Positions 37,410-50,441 of a DNA stretch of 64,000 bases are shown piece after piece. Position 1 is the first letter of the stretch; each line of letters opens with the position of its first letter. Origin of the DNA: Phallusia mammillata (taxonomy: Eukaryota); contig OZ281494.1 in the NCBI GenBank assembly GCA_965637545.1, positions 18,848,001 to 18,912,000 of the forward strand, read 5' to 3'. The translations under genes were made by a program, and so were the position numbers. The notes beneath the pieces are model-generated. The model did not search any database, was not told where the DNA came from, and saw only the letters and a program-made list of their open reading frames with translations.

Positions 37410-40400
37410 GCAGCCCCAGCAACCGTAACGACACGGCCAATTAACCTTGAAGTGTTACAATGACCAACACTTTACTGTCGTAACAATCTAGTCACTTGAA
37501 AAAACTGACCCGAGATAGGTTTCATGTCTGCCACAAGTTAACTTGTTCAGTACATTGCAACCTAGACATCTTATGACGTAACAATGCATCTGATAGGTTC
37601 TATCATCACGCCATGTCACGCCTTGTGTTTGAACTAGAGTAACCTGTGTTTTGGGGGCTGTGGTGCGTTTTTAATAACGAGTGCATTCTATTGTGGAGAG
37701 AATACAGTAAACATCTCGAAAGTTCTCGGTGTGCCAAAGACAGCGTCAACACAAATAGCAACAGTAGGGATATCTGACCCGATTAGTTTGCGACAATGTC
37801 ATGTCCGAGCACATAAATGTTGAAATTAAAAAAAATATATTTTGGCCTCTAAGCAAATCTTTTTGCCGATTTTAGACTTTGATATGTCGCAAATCTTGCT
37901 TTACAGTACACGAATGTGCGCATAACATTCATGCACGCCAGTAAATCACACAACTTTGCATCCAATAGTTTTTTATCTCATTGTTCAGTGATTGTTTTTT
38001 CACAGAAAACCTTGAGCCACATGATTGACGTGATTAACGCATTTGTCGTGGTTAAAACGTAAATATTACGTACGTTCAAATAAACTTCACGTGTTTCCAT
38101 AAATTGGACTTCTAGTGTGATGTCATATGTTAAAACAGTCGCGCGAATTTCTGACTGTACATCAGTTGTGAGTCGTAACAATTAGTTCGTGTCATTTTAC
38201 TAGTTCACTCTGGCAAGATTTGGAAAACACATTATAACACCGCCAAGTCTAGAACGACATTACCATGAGTTTTAAAGAACAAGCAAGTGGAAAACATGAT
38301 TGGTTATGAAAAAATCTACACAAACAGTATACCACACGTCATAGGTGCAGAATTGATTATGTGTAAAAGTGTGTTAAAACAAGCCATGCAATTTGACACA
38401 TTTCAGTCCCAGCATAATGATCGGCACATTTCGCAGCTAATTTTTAATTTTCGGATCAATTTCTTTTTTCCGTTGCGATTTCATCTTCTACTTCGTCGTC
38501 TTGCTATTCTTCGTTTCCTCGTTTTAATTCTTTAACGTGACTTCTTTGTATTCTCTACAAGATAATATAAGACGTCCTTTTTTAAAACCTTTGTATTGCT
38601 AAGATGGCAGAATATCAGGAAACCAGTCTGATTTTAAAGGGGTGATGGCCACTGGCGTCGCCGTGAAGGGGATAAGCGCAATGACTTCAATCCTGAAGGC
38701 TTGAAAATGCAGATTTTGTCCCCATAACTTGAATTTTTGCTGATGTCGCTACTGATTGTTTTAACAATTACGATTCTGCATTTGGATTTTTTAATTTGCA
38801 AACCAAGAAACTAGAGCCGACACTTTCAGTAATAAGTTACTAAATAATTGTGCTTAAATATGCCACGTGGCTGTGAAATACATGTGCTTGCGTTGCGAAC
38901 TCATAGTACGAAAAAACACTTGTTAATTCCACTTACCTTGGTCATCGAAACTGGGTTTGGATCGCAAGCTTGTGTGACACCTGTCCACCATTAACTGACA
39001 TTTAACTTTCAGCACAATGCCACATCTCTCCTTAAAAGTCTTTGCCAGTTGCTTGCTGGAATGGCAATAAATAGAAGTTTGCAATACAAAATCACACGGC
39101 TATGGACCTACAAGTTCCTACAAATGGACGCTTTATCACAAATTCTACGTTTTTTGACAAAGACATCTTCTTTTTAATACGAGTTATTTCGTAATAGTTA
39201 TTTCTTGAGTTCCTGCCCACTGATGTCGCTTGGATTTGATTTCCACACAGTGCTGTCTTTTATAGGACCACATGTTTGCTTACTGAGTGGTTATGACCTT
39301 GTAGCTCCTTAAACATTTTTTATCAAGCACTAATTGATCGGTCTAGCAGAGTAGCAGTGATGTCATTGAAAAATATATTTTGTCGAAAGCGTCAAATAAT
39401 TCAGGCAACCATTGCAGTTATTGACAGGAAAGTGAAAATAGGGAAAAAGTCGTAGGCATAGTTTGCCAAATTAATTGATATTTAAAGAAAAGTCTGACTA
39501 CCAAATTTCGTGTGGACGGCAACTTGAAAACAATAATTGCCTGACTTCAAAATAGAAATTTTTTGAATGATGATAACACAGGGCAACAAAAAAATATTTT
39601 TTTACTGGTGTCAGTAATGTTTTAATTGATTTTGACTAATTTGAGTGCCCTGATTTCAAAAATGCAATCGGTTTATCTGTATCACGTCTAGTTTAAATGT
39701 TATGGTACATCCACGTTTGAAAAACAATCTATATGTATACACTATAGTGAAACTGGTTTTGAGTATTTTAAGTGGAATTACCGTTATTGCAAGAACAAAG
39801 TTTCGATTTAATTTTAAATGTAACAGGTAGACACTCCTAACAAACAAAATTCCACACAAAAAACAAAAAAAAAGGTTTCAAATTTGTAAGTTGTCAGGTA
39901 TATCGGATATAGGCCTACCCTACACATGTACTTCTGTAACTTTTGGAAATGACTGGCAGCAATATCGTCCCGTTTAATTTACCAACAGTAATTAGCCAGG
40001 ACCACATTATTCCCTCTTCCCTGGCACGTTTCGTTTTACTGATATCCTGTTGGAACCTTTCAGCTTAATTCTCATCATTTATATCCCCTACGTTTTAAGG
40101 GAAGTGTAGCTTTATACTCATTTTCGTTCCGAATTTATCAGACCGCTTAATAACTTAGTTTTGTACTATGTCTAGTAATGTTAGTATATTTCTACTGTTT
40201 TTGTCCATTACTGTAATATTCCAATCAACATTAGGTAAGTGGAGCCCATTGCTTGTCCTAAACCCCCAAAGTCACATCTAAGTGTGCAAGATATGCACAT
40301 TTGATACAGATCTTTTTTTTCTTTTTAGTTGTGTTCAATGGGTATTCACCAGTAATCTAGAATAAAACATCTTGGTAATTCATGCAACACCTTATAGATG

Positions 40401-41000
40401 ACCTAGCCACTATTAATTTTAGTTTTACCACCTTGCTTTACTAGTCTGAAATCACTCCATAAAACACGTATAGTTTAAAGTTACCACTAGCCTACACCAA
40501 CCATTTTTAGACAGAGCATAAGCATAGAACACATGTTTATGCTATAAAACCGACTGCACTGTAGAAAATTGATGTGTTTAATGTAACAAAACTTTAACAA
40601 ACATATAAAAGCGTGATTTTAAAGTCATTGAACCAATATGGTCATAAATTTTGGTTTTGTAAATAACTTAAAAAGTTGACCTGATTGAAGAAAACCGTAA
40701 TGATTTTTGAAATCAGTACCCCAAAATTAGTCAATATCAGTTTTAACATTAAAGACACCAAAAATTGTGTTGGCCAGTGTAATTTGTGAAGAGTTCAAAT
40801 CTGAAACAAAAAAGTTTCATCGCCCACCTCGGCAATAGATTTGACAACTAGGCTACATTGTTGATATTCCACGGTTCAGTTTGTGTTAAAAAATCATGAT
40901 GTTTTTCTTATTATTCGATGCTTTGTTTATGGCGTTATAATATAAACTTGAATATGTACTGTGGCAACGGGTTAACCACTAAACCCAGGGGTTTGCCTTT
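37410..41000. repeat. Older segmental duplication, copy A (copy B ~47465-49680)
   Basis: Colinear blocks, e.g. CGGCCAATTAACCTT..AGTGTT, GAAAACATGATTGGTTATGAAA and CTCGGCAATAGATTTGACAACTA, in both copies. Confidence 0.85.
38403..39166 (-). pseudogene. Pseudogene copy of the 6-Cys cationic secreted protein (48024-49024)
   Basis: ATGTCTTTGTCAAAAAACG at 39166 is followed by a deletion of the rest of exon 1. The middle exon is intact (KQLAKTFKERCGIVLKVKCQLMVDRC). The last exon has in-frame TAA (KKSR*) and TGA. Confidence 0.85.
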
Positions 41001-41631
41001 TAAGGCAGTGGTTCTCAACCAGGGCCCATACCCTCCCTAAAGCGTTCATGAAACCCCGGATCAGGACACACTCCCAGGGGTGTCAAACTCAGTGGCCGTG
41101 ACAACAGTCAATAAAAGTAAACTCATCCGAATTTAAAAAAATCAAGCGAAGACAAAAAAAAACTGACGAGAAAGAAAATACTTTCCTTTTAAAAAGAATA
41201 ATCTGGACCACAATTGGTCTGTCGAATTGTGAGGCGCTTGCACCTCTTGAGTCACCTCTCAAAGACAGGCCGATTGAAGTTTTAGTTGAAATTTTGTCCG
41301 AAGTGTAATAAACAATTACTCCTTTTAACGACGTTTTACAATAAACGGTTGTGACGTCACAATACGACGAAAACCTCTTTTGTTCAGATAATCACTGAGT
41401 GGCGCAAATACCTGGGAGGGCAAAGTGAAGAGGAGTTTGCAAGGTCGAGAGAAGAGATGGACCCAATATCGTCACAGTTGGCGGATTGAATCTACCTAAG
41501 TTGTCAGGAATTCTTTGTTTGTTTCGCGACAACATCACCGATTTTTTTCTAGTACAATTATTAAATTATTTTTTCTGTAATTTGTACCTTCATTGATTTT
41601 TATATTGTTTGCAAGAAACACTGGTCTACAC

Positions 41632-42087
41632 CAGGGGTCCGCAAATAGTTGGTCGCGACCCAAATTTGGGTCGCGAGACCTTCCAGTCTGGGTCGCGAAA
41701 TATTTGAAATTTCCCATCAATATAAGCATCGCATCTATAGTATTAATAAAATACAATTTTTTTCATCCTCCTAATTATTGTAGCATTGTTACACAAGACT
41801 ACGTAATGTTACATACAACAATGTAACAAGTTATAAGCGCACCTGTACAAGCAGTCATGCGCTTTCTGCACTATTTTATATTAAAACCAAATACAGATCA
41901 AAGTAGAGGAAGATCTTCGGCTTGCCGTCTCATAAATAACAACTGACAATAGCATTATAGCAGTCGTAATATTGATATTTATTTTCTTAGTATTTTCCAC
42001 AAACTTACATGCTAACAAAATGCTTGGGTCGCGAGAATTTAGAGCAAATTTGTTAGGGTCGCACCAAAAAGTATTTGCGGACCCCTG
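41632..42087. mobile_element. hAT MITE
   Basis: TIR CAGGGGTCCGCAAA / TTTGCGGACCCCTG; TSD GTCTACAC. Confidence 0.9.
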
Positions 42088-42304
42088 GTCTACACAATCA
42101 CTTTAATCCTACCGCACAAGTAATATCTCTGCAAAGTAAAAGCTTAATTGGATAGTTATGAGAGTGAGAAGAAATTATTAAATTGTAAAGATAAAATAAG
42201 AAGTGCAAAAACATGATTTAGAGACAGATTTTGTTTGTTTTTAAACCCGTGTTTGATATGTTTAAAACACAAAACAAATGTTTTCCAGGTAACGCAGACA
42301 GCCA

Positions 42305-43150
42305 ACACATGGAGCGTTTAAGCGTATTCGATACGCTTATTCGATACGCATTTCTCTCGTTTTCGAAAAAGAAAAACGGCAAAGCGTATTAGACTTCTCC
42401 GATTCTCGATGCGCTCGGCACAGGTGGTTTGAATAAGTAGGTCAACTTGAAACCATATGTAATTTTTTTAATTTGGTGCCGAAAATAACGGGGAAATTTG
42501 AGGTTAATGCTGAACAAACGTTCCATACACCAAGTTGCATAATTAATTAAGTTTTTCGTCCAACTGGTGCAAAGTTATACAAATTAGTCGTTTTTTATGA
42601 AACAAATTTAATAGATTTGTACAGTCATATAAAGGAATTTTTCAATGTGCTACATGGCCTGGAAATGTAATACAGTACAACTTATGAAGTTAGAGTGATC
42701 TATACACTTTGAATGTTTCTTCCAACTATTCCTGAGGGTTTAACTGTTCACAATAAACAAATTCATACCTTGGTATGTCTAAACTCGACGCAAACAGCTG
42801 CTGCTAACAAATTACCTTAGATTTTTTGGAAGAATAGACTAACAGTCTAAAAATACTTTAAAATTAACAGTTAACCGGCCTTGTGTTTGTATATCACTTT
42901 ACAATAACCACCATATCGTTTTTGCGCAAAACTGAAAACCTTGAATGTGATTCGGTTCGGCAGCCATGTAATTTTACGCTTTAGCGAATCGAAATCGTGA
43001 CGTCACATAATGCGCATCAACGATACGATTCGATTCGTTATCGCATCTAACATATGACGACACATGGAGCGTTTAAGCGTATTCGATACGCTTATTCGAT
43101 ACGCATTTCTCTCGTTTTCAAAAAAGGAAAAAGGCAAAGCGTATTAGACT
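42305..43150. repeat. 91-bp direct repeat (42305-42395 and 43060-43150)
   Basis: ACACATGGAGCGTTTAAGCGTATTCGATACGCTTATTCGATACGC...GCGTATTAGACT occurs twice, 755 bp apart. Confidence 0.9.
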
Positions 43151-44270
43151 GAAGTAACTGCACATTAAGCAAAAGACTAGTTAAATAATTGCGTATACGC
43201 ATGGAGACATGAACTACAGCGATCTGTATATATACTGAAGAGTGTGAAGACGAGTCAGCAATTTTTGAAAAAAAAACAGAGAGACATTTACTCGAAAGAA
43301 GAAGTGGCCAGTTACCCCCGACTTGGCACCGATAATGGCGTTTAACTTGCAGTTCTAGCCATGGGCGCCGCCACGTAAGGGTAAGAGGGGGCACTTGACC
43401 TTCCATTTTCTCGAAAAACGTGATGACTGAAAAACGATCATGCTCTAAGAAGGGAAGTTGAGATAATCAAAGCAAATGTCTAAACAGGCGACTTTAAAAA
43501 TGTCTGCATTGTTTACGCATCTGTTGTTTTCATAGCCTCCGCCGTTTCAAAATGGTTCATAGTTGCGTGGCTGTACGGGGATTTTTCATCGTTGACGCAA
43601 ATCTACTGCATATATTTTATGTCCTGTGTACATAATTACTTGATATAGTACTCTATGCCTGCAAGTATGTTTTTGTCAAAATGCTAGACCCAATCCCGGG
43701 GCTTTTAAAACAATTCGGTAACAAAAAGATTCAGCTTGATTTTTTTATTTTTAAATCCCGTTTTAACCTTTTTGGGTAAACCTATCAAATATTTTAGAAA
43801 AGGGTATTGTAGCAAATACACCTGGTAAATAACAAACAAAAAAACGTATTGAAACAAATTTGTTACTTCCACTTTATAGTCATAAACTTCGCTAGAGAAC
43901 TTATAATTATAGAATCATTGTAAACTCTTGGCAATACACTGAAAATATATGTCTTGTTTGCTTGTGGCTGCTGTGCTCGATTAATGAAATGCTTGCCAAC
44001 AATTTTGCTTCCATTAAAAACCATTTATTTTGCCCTCAATAAATAAAAACTTGCAAAGCACTCTTCTGTGTCTGACAGTCCGACTCCTGTGTTCACTTAG
44101 TTTGGTATACGCTTATCTAATATTTAACTATTGCGCTTGCTTTTCACAAATAACTTTATTTACCAATAATATATTAGTTGTTTTGTCTCATAATGTTTGT
44201 TTGTTTTGTTTATCTATATTTATTTTTACGTTATTCCTTTTACCGCTTTTGTTTTCTCGTGTTTCATTTT

Positions 44271-44473
44271 AGGAGAAACGACGTCACATGTCTCTAGGAA
44301 TGTGACCAATCACAACGCGGCACGGGAAATCACTAAAGCGGGATCCCTTTTTCACTTTAACATATTTTTTGTACTTAACACCGGTAAAATTCGAACGCAT
44401 CCCCGCTTCAGTGATTTCCCGTGGCGCGTTGTGATTGGTCACATTCCTAGAGGCGTGTGACGTCGTTACTCCT
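44271..44473. repeat. Foldback: ~74-bp inverted arms with a 54-bp spacer
   Basis: Arms 44271-44344 and 44399-44473 differ by 5 substitutions and 1 indel. Each arm contains GACGTCA and CCAAT. Confidence 0.9.
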
Positions 44474-45966
44474 TGTGTTTGGCGAGGCAGTTCTCTCCTG
44501 GCCCCGGTGAAGTGTGCGCGATTTTTTGGTGCTGTTGTGCTGCTGTTGTGTTTTGCTATAACGCAACGTGATTATTGCTGTAACGTAACGTGATCGAACA
44601 GTACCTTTCAAAGGTTTTATTAATTATAATATATATTATTTTTGGCCAGTAGCGGAGTCACCGTTGTAACAATTGGTTTTAGCGATAAACCCTTAGTGCA
44701 GGGTCTTGGACCGTTTTACGAATTAGGGAGGTAGCCTCGAATACTAGAATACTATCGGGATAGTTGGGAAGGTTTAGCGTTAAAGATCTCGCACCCAAAC
44801 CACTTTCTCTAAATTTCGAGGTTACCAAATTAATTCCGTAACAGATATACATATATTACTTTGACGTATTTTTAACCGCTAGGTTTTTTCAGCCGTTTCC
44901 TGGCCCGGTGGCTGTAGTGTAGTGTTTTTGTACTATTATGTATCGTTTTTATGTCCAGTTTCAAAATTCATACAATGCAACACAAAATACAATACAATGT
45001 TACTTGTCATAGCAATTTGGCTTGTTTCTGCACCGTCTTTTGAATTCATGTTAGTGATTATGAGTTCAGCAGCAATTTTTAGGGCCTTGAATTTTTGCTT
45101 CGTTGCATGCTTTGGTATATTCTTGATGGGAAAGACCTCATTTTAGAACTTTCAAGTCTTTTACCACAAATATACCATTAGTCGACAAATTAAAATGTGA
45201 TACTTGGGATTTGGGTAAAACTGCGCAAAAAAACGAAACCATGTGACATAAGCGGCTACGGCTCGTTGACGCGTAAAACTAACTAAACAATTCCATTCTG
45301 TGGTTCGCTTGCTCTCAAAGCGCTCAATACAAGAATCCGACAACTCAATACAAAAAATTCGTAGGACTGCAAGAGCCCAAGGTTCTAAAATCTTACTTGT
45401 GTTGCAAAAGAACAATTGTTTGCGCATAATCGCATATATTAAACTCGTCAGTGACGTCAAGCTGCTCTTAGATTAATATTTGTAAACAAGCAAGTTTCTA
45501 GGTTAAATAAATCCTGAATGTTATAGTGAAGGTGGAAATGTAGAAAAGAATTATATTTAGCTTGGACCGTAAGTCCTACAACTCTACGAGGGATTAGCAA
45601 AACGACCATTCTGTAATTTAAAAAATTTAAAAACCACTGTCCTTGGCCTGGGAAATAGCCTATGCGGCCTAAACGAGTGTCGATAAACCGTTTAGCGGCC
45701 TTACCAACAAAAAGGTTCCCCACCCCTGCCCTAGTACATAGTTAGCAGTCGCTTTAAAAAATTGCACACAGGTCGTACATCCCTGCTATCAAATTTCGAT
45801 GCCATATAGTTCCCAACGCTATCACTTGTTACTGATTTGTATGTCATAGAATTAAATGATGTTTGTGCAAAATGTTACAACTATCCCATTTCATTGCGCC
45901 AATTGAACAAATTTCCTACAATGTACCAATTGGTCCTTAAGACCCATAACTAATATAGATCTACCT

Positions 45967-47342
45967 CAGGGGTGGCCAACCCGCGGCTCTTTGCCTGGCT
46001 TTATGCGGCTCTCACGTTGTTGTCGAAGTTTGGGGGCACTGTGAATATTTGGTTAGTTTGTGGCTTTGAAACTGCAACCTCATGTGGCAAACGGCTTGAT
46101 TATGTTGACAAATATTCAATTGTTGTACAATGCGAATGAGACACAAAGCAACAACAACGTGTCCCAAAATTTACAAAGTTTTCCATCTGTTGTTTTTCGG
46201 GTTATGACGATCATGATATTTTATGGGCAGTTTGTCTTTTGGTCATGGGTTTGAATTGAGCGATTGTTGGTGTTGAATGCATTAGTGGCGTCGCAGTGAA
46301 TTTAGTATCGCCACCTTGCCATTTTGTAAAACTCGAGGCGCATGCGCGTTAGATGAAAATACCTCTTTCTCAGCAGAGAAAATCTTTTGTTTCTCAGCAG
46401 AGAAAATCTTTTGTTTCTCAGCAGGGAAAATCTTTTAAGTACATATTTTTTGTCAAGTTAGCCTTCAAAATGACAGAGAAAAAAGATTTTAGTACCTCCC
46501 CAGACATGCATCTCACCGCATGTTACTGATAGAAAGAGAAAAAAGGACATTTTAGTTGTTTGTGGGATTCGTTGAAATGAGAGTTTGTGTGTGTTAGACA
46601 GTGCAAACTATTCATGGTTGAAAATGACTGGCGCGTGGTCTGTACGAGTCAAATTGTGTCATTGTTATGTTTGTGTGCAACATTTAGAATCAGGGAGTCG
46701 AACCGCTTGTCATATGGGTTCAGGTTCGGTTCGGATTCACTTGGTTTTGTTTTCAAGGGTTCGGGTTCGGTTCAGGTTTTTAAAAATGTATATTTTGGGG
46801 TTCGGGTTTTGTTCCGGCAAATTATCCGGTCCGAACCGGTTTGCGGTTTTTAAACCGGTTCAAATTTTTATTCGTTTTAATTTAATTCTACCCATCATCT
46901 ACCTGGCCTTACCAAACTTCAAAAGAATTTTGCCCTTGCACTGTTATTTTTGACACGCCCTATAAGTGTTATCTCGCGTATTCTTCAGTGCGCTGTTTTG
47001 ATAAAAATCACAAAATATAAAACTGCATTTTTTACTGGTTTGGTTCCGGTTCGGGTCCAACGCCAGACAAAATGTGGGGTTCAACTCCGGTTCGGGTTTT
47101 TTAGAAAATCGTAATTAGCGGTTCGGGTTCAATGAAACTAACCGCTCAAACCGGTTCGCGGGTTCGGGTTCAGTTCCGGTTCGACTCCCTGTTTAGAATA
47201 CATCTGACTAAGCACACGTCTCTCTGTGTGAGGAATGGACGAAAGCAATAAACGTGTACGTGTGCCCCATGTATAATGTGGCTCTTTGTGGTTACACAAT
47301 AACAAACGTGGCTCTTAGGCTTTGACCGGTTGGCCACCCCTG
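45967..47342. mobile_element. hAT MITE with a nested MITE and a 24-bp tandem repeat
   Basis: TIR CAGGGGTGGCCAAC / GTTGGCCACCCCTG; TSD ATCTACCT/ATCTACCA (7 of 8 match). About 3 copies of TTTCTCAGCAGAGAAAATCTTTTG at 46366-46436. Confidence 0.8.
46691..47191. mobile_element. Nested hAT MITE (GGTTC-rich)
   Basis: TIR CAGGGAGTCGAACCG / CGGTTCGACTCCCTG; TSD TTTAGAAT. Confidence 0.9.
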
Positions 47343-48023
47343 ATCTACCAAATCAAAAGCTTTTCATTGCTTTAAATTTTACTGTTTTAATTTTGTACTC
47401 ATCGCAGCAATTTTAAAAACGCTATGCCATAGTTGAAAAAACGTGATCTATTATTACGTTGGGTCAGTCAGCTCCAGCAACCGGCCAATTAACCTTAAAG
47501 TGTTAGCATGGATGACAATTAACTATTGCAACACTCTGGTCACTTGAAAAAAAGTGACCTGAAATAGGTTTCATGTCATTTTAAAATGTACAAACAATTG
47601 TAGCACATAAAAGTTTATTTATTTTACGTTGAAATTAAAGAATACATTTAGGTCACAAGACAAAACAGAGTGCCGATTTTAGGCTTTGGTATTATGAACT
47701 ATTCATACTGTATACTGTACAGGCTACATTACATTTATGTCGTAATGTTTTTACACGAATGTGCGCACAACAATCATGTTACCATACTTTTTCACATACA
47801 TTAATTAGATTAGTTTTTAAAATCGTTTGATTCTGGCTAGGTTTGAACTTATATACCTCGCCTATAATTTTATATATTTTGCATATAACCTTGCCCATAA
47901 TTTTAAAATGATAATACCATAAAAAAGAATCAGCAAGCGGAAAACATGATTGGTTATGAAAGGAAACCACAAGTCATAAGTGCAGATTCGATTTTGTGTA
48001 AAAGCTTGTTGAAACAAAACATT

Positions 48024-49024
48024 TCAGTCCCAGCATAATGATCGGCACATTTCGCAGCTAATTTTTAATTTTCGGATCAGTTTCTTTCTTCCGTTGCGAT
48101 TTCGTCTTCTACTTCGTCGTCTTGCTATTCTTTGTTTTCTCGTTTTAAATCTTCTACGTGACTTCTTTGTATTCTCTACAAGATAATTTTGAGCGTCAAT
48201 ACATAAAACTTTGTGTTGTAAAGAGGGCAGAATATCAGGAAACCGATCTGATTTTGAAGGGGTGATGGCCACTGGCGTCCTAATGTTTTGAAAATGCATA
48301 ACTTATAATTATTTGCTGGTTACGCTACTGATTGTGTTAACAATAACAATCTTCCATCTGCATGGCGTTTGTAATTTGCGGAGCAGTTAGGTGAGTAGAG
48401 CCGATACATAATTTAGGAAAACTGTATGTTTGTCGTATCATAGATCTCTAAACTTATGCATCTCACTTATACAATAATTGTACTTTTAAGTACATGTAAT
48501 TGTGTTAAAAACTCATAGTACAATAAAATAATCCACTTACCTTGGTCATCGATACTGCGTTTGGATAGCAAGCTTGTGTGACACCTGTCCACGATTAATT
48601 GACATTTAACTTTCAGCACTATGCCACAACCCTCCTTAAAAGTCTTTGCAAGTTGCTTGCTAAAATGCCAAAAAATAGGAGTTTACAACATACCAAATTA
48701 TACGGCTATCGACCTACAGGTTAAATGTGTGCACTTTATCACAAATTATACTGCATTAGGGACAGAATGATTATATTTTTATACAGCCTAAAAATTTACT
48801 ATTATATAAAGCAAGGATTACACCTTTTGCACTTGGCGTTTACTATGTAGAAACACATTTCCATTTTCCTCTTACCGTGTAAAAACCATTTTGTCAAGTT
48901 GATCGCTGTTTCTTTTCAGCTGCTTTGCCAGTTTGTTACCACGACGACGTCCTGCTACGCCTGACGCCACGCAAACCACAAGCATTATCACAAAAGTTAA
49001 CATTGCGTTTTTTGACAAAGACAT
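48024..49024 (-). CDS. Secreted, highly cationic 6-Cys protein (~140 aa), unknown family
   Basis: Exons 48876-49024, 48541-48659, 48024-48175 in phase (2,1). MSLSKNAMLTFVIMLVVCVASGVAG | RRRGNKLAKQLKRNSDQLDKMVFTRKQLAKTFKEGCGIVLKVKCQLIVDRCHTSLLSKRSIDDQENTKKSRRRFKTRKQRIARRRSRRRNRNGRKKLIRKLKISCEMCRSLCWD*. Synonymous changes against the pseudogene copy (CTT/CTG, ATA/ATT, CAA/CAG) support the frame. Confidence 0.8.
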
Positions 49025-50441
49025 CTTCTTTATATAATACGAGTTATTTCGTAATAGTTATTTCTTAAGTTCCTGCCCACTGATTTGATTTCCACACAGT
49101 GGTGCCTTTTATAGGACCACATGTTGGCTTACTGAGTGGTTATGACCTCGAAGCTCCTTAAACATGTTTATCAAGCACTAATTAATCAGTTTATCAGTGA
49201 TGTCACTGTGAAAACATATTTTGTTGAAAGCGTGAAGTAATTCAGGCAACCATTGCAGTTATTGCCAGGAAAGTGAAAACAGAAAAAGTCCGAAAATAGG
49301 CTATCCATAATTTGCTAAATTATTTTTGAAACAACCTGGCTACTAAAATTCGATCGGCAACTGGAAAACAACATTGCCTGCGAAAATCACTTCAAAATAG
49401 AGATTTTTTTAATGAAAAGTAGAAAAGTAGAAGTTGGTAAACTTTTCAAAACGACAAAATTTCATTGGCACTGCGGTTGCCCTCGGCAATAGATTTGACA
49501 ACTAAATTATTGATATTCCACAGGTAAGATAATACAAAAATTCAGTAGGCCTACATGATGAAAAAAAGTTTCGGGTTGGATAAAATGCTTGGATATTATG
49601 CGATGTTTTGTTTTCAACGTTATAATATAAGCAATATTTACTGCGGCAACGGTTTTACCGATAAAACCAGGGCTTATCTTAAAAGGTCTTAAATTTTACT
49701 TCACCCCGAAGTTGTTTGTTTTGATCTTAAAGGCGGTCGCACCGATCTTAAAAAACATTGGAATTTGCTATTACAGTTCTACACAGTTCCCTCATCAGAA
49801 ACCTAAACAAACATTTACTTTCGCTGTGAAATTAGACGTGTAACCCCACCAATGAACACAGGTTATTTACGCTATTGACCTGGTTTTGTTTGATAAGGTT
49901 GCGTTGGCAGATGTGATCCGCTTTCTATTTGTATCAGTGGTTCTCAACCTTTTTTAGTGTCGGGGCCAACAGTAATTGTGTAAAGTGTATAAGGAGATGA
50001 CAGTTTTTTTTAGAATCAGTGGCAAATGGGTATTTCCTTGCTACTCGTACTTGCTAAATTTAAAACTTTAATTTCTTGGAAACAATCATAAGCTAAAATT
50101 CAAAGCATTTTGTAGTGCCTCAAAACTTAACTTTTTGAGCGCGCAAATAAATTTTATTTCATCATGTTTAGAAGACAAATACCACATGTTTTAATGTGAC
50201 TACTAGGAATACACGCAGCTAGCCGAAAAATTCCAAGCAGATGCTTCTATCATCAAAGTAAAAAACTCCATAAAAATCCAATGGCCTCAAACAGCGGAAT
50301 ACTGAAAGGAAAGAAGCAAGGACAATCATTATTCCTTGCAGTTTTATTTTCGACTTCTAACTTTCAGACATGTACTGCTCTGTGTTAGGGTATTTAGTTG
50401 CGAAACATAAAAAGCAAACATTTTACGAAAGCGGCAAGATT

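Noticed and set aside
48024-49024. Insulin/IGF-like precursor
   Set aside because: Signal, dibasic site and 6 Cys are suggestive, but the A-chain CC-x3-C-x8-C and B-chain CG-x11-C patterns are absent.
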